The notes under the pieces are model-generated. The model searched no databases. It was not told where the DNA came from and saw only the letters and a program-made list of their open reading frames with translations. Source: Candidatus Poribacteria bacterium (lineage in GTDB: Bacteria; Poribacteria; WGA-4E; WGA-3G). From it: 64,000 nt of DNA. A program made the translations under genes and the position numbers. Shown piece by piece: positions 57,546 to 64,000 of this stretch. How positions within the stretch are numbered: the stretch's first letter is position 1; every line of letters starts with the position of its first letter. The DNA is taken from NCBI GenBank assembly GCA_965205015.1, contig OZ242029.1:544001-608000 (forward strand), in the 5' to 3' direction.

Positions 57546-58682
57546 TTAATAACACGATTTGGATGCACATTCATCAATCAATTCTAAGACTTCTTGCCGA
57601 GTGTATCCCTCTTTCTGAATGAGTTCGTCGCAATTGACACTGTTTTTTGCGTCGGGTCCCTTACCGGCTTCAAGGATTGCATTTGTCAACCAACTGGTGC
57701 GTACTCCATTGATGCCAGAGGTGTAGTTCGCCTGGTACTCGCCTTTTACCAAACCGACGAGCTGATCGACCTTGTTGCGGGGATACCCTTCCGGACGCGG
57801 ATAAGCAAGCGGTTCTGGCGCACCACCTTTGGGCGTGTAACGAATACCATTTTTGATTTCGATCGTTCCCTCATCACCTTCCAGAATTACCCATTCTTCA
57901 AACCCAACGCGCGTGTTGCCGAGGATGGTGATTGTGCCTTCGGCACCGTTATCCAGTGTGACATCGGAGTAAGAATTAATTTCAACGAACTTTGGAACGA
58001 GGTTTCCATCGTCGTCCTCAAATTTCATGTCAGTTGTCCCGTAGACCTCAGCAGGCAAGGCACTCGTCATCCATAAGAATATATCTTGGAGGTGGCTTCC
58101 TGAGTCATTGGGCTGTCCACCGCCAGAGAAGCGTGGATCCCCTCGCCACCCACCTGCTCCCCACCGCTGCGCCATGTAGACCTCAAATTTCTGGAGGTTC
58201 CCGATCCGTCCTTCAGAGATTGCGCGTCTGGCTGCCATGTAGGTATCCTCATAATGGCGTTGATACCCACCGACGAGATGTAATCCACTGCCCATTGCGA
58301 TTTTGGTTACAGCGATTGCGTCACCAACGACATTCGCCATCGGTTTTTCGACGATCACGTGGCATCCGGCGCGGAGCGCGTATTTCGTGTGAATATCGTG
58401 AAGGGAGTGAGGCGAGAATACACCGACGATATCCAGATCTTCGTGATTGAGCATCTCCACGAACTCGTATTCACCGAGGTAACGGTTGAAACTATTCGCT
58501 TCATAGCCGTCAACCTGTTCTTGGAGCGCACTTTCTAAAGCGTCCAAACTCGCTTCGTGAGTGTCCACAGCGGCAACGACTTCAGCGTCGGAACGGGTTG
58601 CGAAACCGAGTGTATTTCCCCGTCCTGCACCGCCGGGTCCAATCACACCAACTCTTAAAATATCATTTTTGCGGGTTCCCAT
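57546..58682 (-). CDS. Gfo/Idh/MocA family oxidoreductase
   Basis: 'VGVIGPGGAG', 'HVIVEKPM', 'GGGQPNDSGSHLQD'. Confidence 0.9.
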   Translation of the reverse strand: MGTRKNDILRVGVIGPGGAGRGNTLGFATRSDAEVVAAVDTHEASLDALESALQEQVDGYEANSFNRYLGEYEFVEMLNHEDLDIVGVFSPHSLHDIHTKYALRAGCHVIVEKPMANVVGDAIAVTKIAMGSGLHLVGGYQRHYEDTYMAARRAISEGRIGNLQKFEVYMAQRWGAGGWRGDPRFSGGGQPNDSGSHLQDIFLWMTSALPAEVYGTTDMKFEDDDGNLVPKFVEINSYSDVTLDNGAEGTITILGNTRVGFEEWVILEGDEGTIEIKNGIRYTPKGGAPEPLAYPRPEGYPRNKVDQLVGLVKGEYQANYTSGINGVRTSWLTNAILEAGKGPDAKNSVNCDELIQKEGYTRQEVLELIDECASKSCY

Positions 58683-58787
58683 GATTCTAACCTCTCTGGA
58701 TGACATCTGTCAAGAGATTTTACTTGACCTACTAACTCAAAAACGGTGATTCACATTCACTGCGGTTTAAACAGGCACGTGAGTTTC

Positions 58788-59528
58788 TCAACGATTAAAG
58801 ACTCGGAACAATTTTTTAATCGGATCGTAGAATTGGTCCACGACGCGCTCCTTGAGTGGGATGATAGCGTTGTCCGTAATCGTGATATGTTCCGGGCAGA
58901 CTTTCGTACAACATTTGGTAATGTTACAATACCCGATACCGTCCGAATCCTTCAATTCTTCGAGTCGGTTTTCAGTGTCTATCGGGTGCATTTCTAAGGA
59001 AGCGGCGTAAACGAAGAATCTCGGTCCGATGAACTCGTCATGAAGATCGTGCTCTCGAAGGACATGACAGACATCCTGGCAGAGGAAACACTCAATGCAC
59101 TTTCGAAACTCTTGGATGTGATCGATGTCTTCCTGTTCCATTCGCCATGTGCCATCTTCGACATCAGGGGGTCGTGGCGTGAACGGCTTCATTTTCTCTT
59201 TAACTCTGAAGTTCCATGATACGTCTGTAACGAGGTCTTTAATGAGCGGGAACGCCCGCATCGGTTCAACGGTAACAGGTTCATCAAGGGGTAAATCGTT
59301 GAGGCGCGTCATGCACATCAATTTCGGTTGCCCGTTGATTTCGGCGGAACAGGAGCCGCATTTTCCCGCTTTACAATTCCATCGAACAGCCATGTCGTTT
59401 GCTTGCTCGGCTTGGATACGGTGGACAGCGTCTAAAACCACCATACCCTCAGAAACCTCGGTGTCATAATCGACAAATTCCGCGCCATCCGCATTGCCAC
59501 GCCAGATCCTAAATGTTGTTTTCGCCAT
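58788..59528 (-). CDS. sdhB: Succinate dehydrogenase/fumarate reductase iron-sulfur subunit
   Basis: 'CKAGKCGSC', 'CIECFLCQDVC', 'CNITKCCTKVCP'. Confidence 0.93.
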   Translation of the reverse strand: MAKTTFRIWRGNADGAEFVDYDTEVSEGMVVLDAVHRIQAEQANDMAVRWNCKAGKCGSCSAEINGQPKLMCMTRLNDLPLDEPVTVEPMRAFPLIKDLVTDVSWNFRVKEKMKPFTPRPPDVEDGTWRMEQEDIDHIQEFRKCIECFLCQDVCHVLREHDLHDEFIGPRFFVYAASLEMHPIDTENRLEELKDSDGIGYCNITKCCTKVCPEHITITDNAIIPLKERVVDQFYDPIKKLFRVFNR

Positions 59529-59601
59529 TTTTTAATTTTTCCTTGCCGTTCGGTCAAGTCTGTTTGATGATCGTTAAAAACCCTTGCGAACAATTAAAAT
59601 A

Positions 59602-61434
59602 CTATCCGATTTCATCTATGATCTCCTGCAGATCGGCTCGGAGTTCATCAACCGGTTGACGGCGAATCTCCATAGTGCCATCGGGTGCCTTCTTAACGAT
59701 GGTGTTATATTTGCCTGCGCCGGGTTCCTCTTTCTCTGGGTAATCGTCCCGTGAATGCGCACCGATGCTTGCCCTGCGTTCAAGTGCCGCAAGTGCAATC
59801 GATTCGGAGACCGTGATCAAGCAGTCGAGATCGAGCGCGGTATGCCATCCGGAGTTGTACTCTCGATTACCGATAGCATGGACGTTCTCTGCCTGTTCGC
59901 GCAGGTGCTGGATCTCCTCCAAGGCTTGCGTGAGGCTTTCTTGACTGCGAGCGATACCCACCAGTTCCTGCATTTTGTCCTGGAGTTGTGCCTGAATGTC
60001 GTAGGGTCCCATCTTTTCACCACTGCCATCGTCTGCTGGATTCTCAAAGGGTTTTAGCGTGTGAGCAGCGATTGCATCGACTTGTGTTTCATCAAGCCGG
60101 ACAACTTCGTTCTCCTCCGCAAACCGTGCCGCATATTCCCCCGCACGTTTACCGAAAACGAGCAGATCGGAGAGTGAATTACCGCCAAGTCTGTTGGCAC
60201 CGTGTAATCCGGCAGCGCATTCACCCGCCGCAAAGAGTCCTGGAACCGCCGTCATCTGTGAATCCGCATCGACCCGAATGCCGCCCATGATATAATGCGT
60301 TGTGGGCCCGACTTCCATCGGTTCCTGCGTGATGTCGATGTCGGCAAGTTCCTTGAATTGGTGGTACATACTCGGCAGTTTTCTACGGATATGCTCCGGC
60401 GCGTTCGAGATTTTTTCCTTAATCCACGCGATATCCAAGAATACACCACCGTGTGGACTTCCCCGACCCTCCTGTACTTCTCGGACGATGCACCGTGCGA
60501 CGTGATCGCGTGTAAGAAGCTCGGGTGGACGCCGCGCATCTCGGTCGCCTTGTGTATACCGCCATCCCTCTTCAGGACTATCCGCCGTCTGGTGCACATA
60601 GAGTTCAGGGATGTCATCAAACATAAAACGTTTCCCCTCACTGTTTGTGAGGATACCGCCTTCGCCACGCACCCCCTCCGTGACCAAGATACCTCGGACA
60701 CTGGGGGGCCACACCATACCCGTTGGATGGAATTGCACGAACTCCATATCTATGAGTTCCGCCCCGGCGTGGTATGCCAGAGAATGTCCATCGCCGGTAT
60801 ACTCCCAACTATTGCTTGTAATCTTGTATGCTTTTCCCACGCCGCCTGTTGCCAACACGACCGCCTTCGCGGAAAAAACTTTGAACCGTCCCTTTTCACG
60901 TTCGTAACCGAACGCACCTGACACCCTCTCACCCGTTTTGAGGAGCGAAACGACGGTATTCTCCATGTGTACTTCAATACCTTGATGGATACCGTGGTCC
61001 TGTAGCGCGCGGATCATTTCCAATCCAGTGCGATCCCCGACGTGTGCAAGGCGCGGGTATTGGTGTCCACCGAAGTTCCGCTGAAGGATGCCTCCATCCT
61101 GTGTCCGGTCAAAGAGCGCACCCCAAGCTTCAAGTTCACGCACCCGATCGGGTGCTTCTTGCGCATGGAGCTCTGCCATTCGTGCGTCGGAGAGATACTG
61201 TCCACCGCGCATGGTGTCAGCGAAATGTACACGCCAACTGTCCCTTTCATCAACATTTGCCAAAGCGGCAGCGACGCCACCTTCTGCCATAACGGTATGC
61301 GCCTTACCGAGCAAAGATTTGCACACAAGCCCTACCTTTAGGTCACCTGCGGCGGCTTCAATCGCTGCACGAAGTCCAGCACCACCGGCTCCAATTATCA
61401 ATACATCATATTCATGCGTTTCGTAAGATGCCAC
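59602..61434 (-). CDS. sdhA: Succinate dehydrogenase/fumarate reductase flavoprotein subunit
   Basis: 'GAGGAG', 'KAHTVMAEGG', 'QFHPTG', 'TEGVRGEGG', 'HGANRLGGNSL'. Confidence 0.95.
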   Translation of the reverse strand: MASYETHEYDVLIIGAGGAGLRAAIEAAAGDLKVGLVCKSLLGKAHTVMAEGGVAAALANVDERDSWRVHFADTMRGGQYLSDARMAELHAQEAPDRVRELEAWGALFDRTQDGGILQRNFGGHQYPRLAHVGDRTGLEMIRALQDHGIHQGIEVHMENTVVSLLKTGERVSGAFGYEREKGRFKVFSAKAVVLATGGVGKAYKITSNSWEYTGDGHSLAYHAGAELIDMEFVQFHPTGMVWPPSVRGILVTEGVRGEGGILTNSEGKRFMFDDIPELYVHQTADSPEEGWRYTQGDRDARRPPELLTRDHVARCIVREVQEGRGSPHGGVFLDIAWIKEKISNAPEHIRRKLPSMYHQFKELADIDITQEPMEVGPTTHYIMGGIRVDADSQMTAVPGLFAAGECAAGLHGANRLGGNSLSDLLVFGKRAGEYAARFAEENEVVRLDETQVDAIAAHTLKPFENPADDGSGEKMGPYDIQAQLQDKMQELVGIARSQESLTQALEEIQHLREQAENVHAIGNREYNSGWHTALDLDCLITVSESIALAALERRASIGAHSRDDYPEKEEPGAGKYNTIVKKAPDGTMEIRRQPVDELRADLQEIIDEIG

Positions 61435-61499
61435 GTTGAAAAATTTCCCCTAATTATGAATGTATGTTTCTCCAGTGTTAAAATTAGACGCGAACGGCA

Positions 61500-61586
61500 A
61501 GCCTGTAATGTAATGGAAGGCGATTCATAAGAAAGGCACTTCAAATATGAAACCCACTTGAGAACTCCGCAAGGTAAAATTAAAAA
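61500..61586 (+). repeat. Dispersed ~85-bp intergenic repeat (copy E)
   Basis: Aligns with 26816-26900. Its end overlaps the stop codon of the Sdh anchor gene. Confidence 0.75.
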
Positions 61587-62386
61587 GTAATCCAGTCCTG
61601 ACCAAGCGCCGGTGCTATAAAACGGACGTATATATCAGAAAAACCGACCCAACAGAGACTCATCCACGCCCAGAGCATATGTCGCTCGTTCAAGCAGGTC
61701 ACACAATTATACGCGCGTCGACGAATTGGTGCTTTAGAGAGCAGATCCACAATTCCACCGACTAAGTGGCGTAAAGAGTGGCATCCGAGCGTATAACCGC
61801 CTAAAAAGATGACATTGCCTGCCAAAACGAGCGTCCCGATGCCGATGCCGAGGGTTTTTCCACCATTTCCATCAGGAAACCAGAGTGCCACCCAAACATC
61901 ATAACTGAGGATGACGAGGAAAATGAGGGCGAGATAGAGAAAATACCGATGGATATTCTGGATAATCAGCGGGAAGGAGTGCTCACCCCGATAGCCTTTA
62001 CGCGGTTCCGATACCGTGCAAGAGGGCGGATCTGCCCAAAACGCTTTGTAATACGCCCCTCGGTAATAGTAACAGGTGAATCGGAAGCCTGCAGGTGCCC
62101 ACAAAATCAAGGCGGCAGGTGTAATCAATGCCGGCATCCAGGATGGCATCTCACCAAACCAACTGTGCTCAAGGCTATGCGCATCCGTACCGAAAAGTAG
62201 TGGCGAGTAGAAAGGCGACAGGTAGGGACCAGAAATAAAATGCTCCCCCTCCAAAACCCGGAAGGTCGCATAGACAATGAATGCCCCCAACCCGACAAAT
62301 ACGGCTAAGGGTTGCAGCCACCAAGTATCTCGGCGCTGGGTGTGGAACGGACGGCGTTCCGTTAAGGTGAGTTCAGGGTGCGTCAT
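61580..62386 (-). CDS. Succinate dehydrogenase membrane anchor, mycobacterial Sdh1 (Rv0249c-like) type
   Basis: 'YLSPFYSP', 'GFRFTCYYYRGAYY..FW.DPP.C', 'QNIHRYF', 'GCHSLRH', 'HMLWAW.SL'. Lies upstream of sdhAB. Confidence 0.82.
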   Translation of the reverse strand: MTHPELTLTERRPFHTQRRDTWWLQPLAVFVGLGAFIVYATFRVLEGEHFISGPYLSPFYSPLLFGTDAHSLEHSWFGEMPSWMPALITPAALILWAPAGFRFTCYYYRGAYYKAFWADPPSCTVSEPRKGYRGEHSFPLIIQNIHRYFLYLALIFLVILSYDVWVALWFPDGNGGKTLGIGIGTLVLAGNVIFLGGYTLGCHSLRHLVGGIVDLLSKAPIRRRAYNCVTCLNERHMLWAWMSLCWVGFSDIYVRFIAPALGQDWITF

Positions 62387-62412
62387 AGGCAATTTTCCTT
62401 CATGTGAACAGT

Positions 62413-62610
62413 TTAGTCTTTTTTATTAGATTCGGTTCGCGGCGGTGGTGGGGGCAGATATTTCCAACCGAGTGCTTTGAATTTTTTTTGGTTCGCTTTC
62501 AAATAATTATAGAGATCTTCCATAGAATTGAATTTGGCAGCGAATGCCTCCTTCATCCGATAGCACTCTTCCAAGACAGGATCCATGCGTGTGTCCGGTT
62601 TCTCCTTCAC
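62413..62610 (-). CDS. Small protein homologous to the C-terminal domain of the PIN fusion at 37633
   Basis: 'DPVLEECYRMKEAFAAKF...YLKA......GWKYLP' versus 'DPILEECYRIKAELSAKF...YVKA......GIKYVP'. Confidence 0.72.
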   Translation of the reverse strand: MKEKPDTRMDPVLEECYRMKEAFAAKFNSMEDLYNYLKANQKKFKALGWKYLPPPPPRTESNKKD

Positions 62611-62651
62611 TTGAATTTCCTCAATTGTAGACTTTCGGTCTGGCCGTATTA

Positions 62652-62681
62652 TATTGTATCATACAATAAGGTTTTTGTCAA
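62652..62681 (-). promoter_or_regulatory. Sigma70 promoter (TTGACA-17-TACAAT) overlapped by a perfect inverted repeat
   Basis: Minus strand ttgaca aaaaccttattgtatga tacaat. Palindrome tattgtat-c-atacaata at 62652-62668. Confidence 0.65.
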
Positions 62682-62683
62682 AT

Positions 62684-63421
62684 TTACACACGTGTATGCG
62701 TCAGGGGTTCCCAACCGAGCAGGCGTTTCGCTTTTGAGAGGTTAATCTCTTTCTGTTCATGATCCCCCGCAATAAAGAAAGCATCAAACCCTTCGTGTTC
62801 AACCGAGATAGCCGCGAGATACGCTGTTGCCAAATCTTGCTCGTCCGTCCACCAGATATGCACCGATGAATCCTTGGGTTGGGCATAACGCTCAAGCCAC
62901 TGTTCCCGCGTAGAGGGACCCGTGATCCGCAGCGCGATAAGCGACATGCCGTGTTCCCGTGAGAAGTATTCGCAGACCTGCTCGCCGAAACCCTTGGTTA
63001 ACCCATAGACACCGGGATTATCGCGCGGCACGACATCCTCATACGGAAAATTGTTTCGCGTCCGCTCATGCACAGTGAAGGTACTCGTGTAGACAGCGTG
63101 CCGGATCCCCGCTTCCTTCGCGGCGTGTAAGACGATATGCAGCCCCTTCGCGTTCACCTCGTAGTTTGCGACAATGTCGCTGAAATCGGCGACAGAGGAC
63201 CGATCGCTCGTCGGTTGCAGCATTACCATGTAGACGAACGTGTCCATCCCTTTCAACGCTTCCTGAACGATAGCAGGGTCGGTAACGGAGCCTTGGATGT
63301 AATCAATGGATGTATCTTTGGGCGGATTGATGTCAAGGACTCGAAAATTGTGATGGGGCTTCATGTAAGGGAGCGTCATCGTCCCAACGTGTCCCGAACC
63401 CCCTACAAGTAAGACGTTCAT
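62684..63421 (-). CDS. NAD-dependent epimerase/dehydratase (uronate dehydrogenase-like extended SDR)
   Basis: 'LVGGSGHVG' and 'YGLTK' catalytic motif. Confidence 0.85.
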   Translation of the reverse strand: MNVLLVGGSGHVGTMTLPYMKPHHNFRVLDINPPKDTSIDYIQGSVTDPAIVQEALKGMDTFVYMVMLQPTSDRSSVADFSDIVANYEVNAKGLHIVLHAAKEAGIRHAVYTSTFTVHERTRNNFPYEDVVPRDNPGVYGLTKGFGEQVCEYFSREHGMSLIALRITGPSTREQWLERYAQPKDSSVHIWWTDEQDLATAYLAAISVEHEGFDAFFIAGDHEQKEINLSKAKRLLGWEPLTHTRV

Positions 63422-63500
63422 TTTTTAACCACGTCCCTTTCTGCTCGCCTGCCTATCCTTGTTGGCAAGCAGTTTCTGGCAACAATTACTAAACTTCATG

Positions 63501-63998
63501 CTATTCCTGATACGCATAGGCACGGTGCTGAATCCGTAGATCGAAGTCGTCTACTGGATCCCATATCGGCATATCCGATGGCACTGTATAACCAAACTGC
63601 TCGGTATCCGAGGAATACGGATTCGTCCGACGTTCGTGGAGGGCGCGTTGATAGAGTTTGCAGCGTTGCGTCAAGAACTCCGACTGCCACCATTTATACC
63701 GTTCGTTCCACTGCGGAGTCCGTTGATCGAAGTAAATCACCCGACGAAGCGTCCCGCTTGTGTTAATTTTACTGCCGTGCAAGACTTTGGTATGGTGGAG
63801 CAGAATGTCCCCAGGTTCAACCTCTGCTGGTACTGCGTCCTCACGTTCAAAATTGACTTCTCCCCTGTCGATAACCTCCTGCGCCTCTTCGATCCCCCAG
63901 AGATGGCTTTTCGGGATGACCCAGACACATCCGTTATCAACAGTCGAGTCATCTATGTAGATGTCAATGTTAAAAATCGGATGATTCTCACGGATGGC
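63501..63998 (-). CDS. PhyH-family dioxygenase (5' part outside window)
   Basis: Open to the window edge: 'NIDIYIDDSTVDNGCVWVIPKSH...PGDILLHHTKVLHGS..N.S..LRRVIY'. Confidence 0.82.
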   Translation of the reverse strand, partial: AIRENHPIFNIDIYIDDSTVDNGCVWVIPKSHLWGIEEAQEVIDRGEVNFEREDAVPAEVEPGDILLHHTKVLHGSKINTSGTLRRVIYFDQRTPQWNERYKWWQSEFLTQRCKLYQRALHERRTNPYSSDTEQFGYTVPSDMPIWDPVDDFDLRIQHRAYAYQE

Positions 63999-64000
63999 AT

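Overview
Bacterial genomic window, most likely from Candidatus Poribacteria. This is inferred from the many secreted LamG and TolB/PD40 proteins sharing a 'TTTWGxIK'-type C-terminus, plus PhyH dioxygenases, a sulfatase and a sialidase. Positions 1-50 kb are mostly accessory genes: GNATs, methyltransferases, toxin-antitoxin pairs and relics, paralogous secreted proteins and two tnpA-less IS200/IS605 tnpB elements. Positions 50-64 kb carry housekeeping genes (rho-rpmE-prfA-prmC and a mycobacterial-Sdh1-like succinate dehydrogenase operon). Three observations stand out. (1) A 445-bp ORF-less IS605-family mini-element at 50383-50827 keeps both transposon ends, a TTGACA-17-TATACT promoter and the omegaRNA scaffold of the tnpB at 28.5 kb, and it points into an ECF sigma operon. 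(2) A pseudoknotted RNA fold sits right after the promoter in both this mini-element and the sequence-divergent tnpB element at 22.7 kb, with the same topology and compensatory base changes. (3) A shared C-terminal motif occurs on 8 ORFs or fragments of two unrelated folds and looks like a lineage-specific sorting signal. Product calls come from motif recognition by eye; no database searches or folding programs were run.
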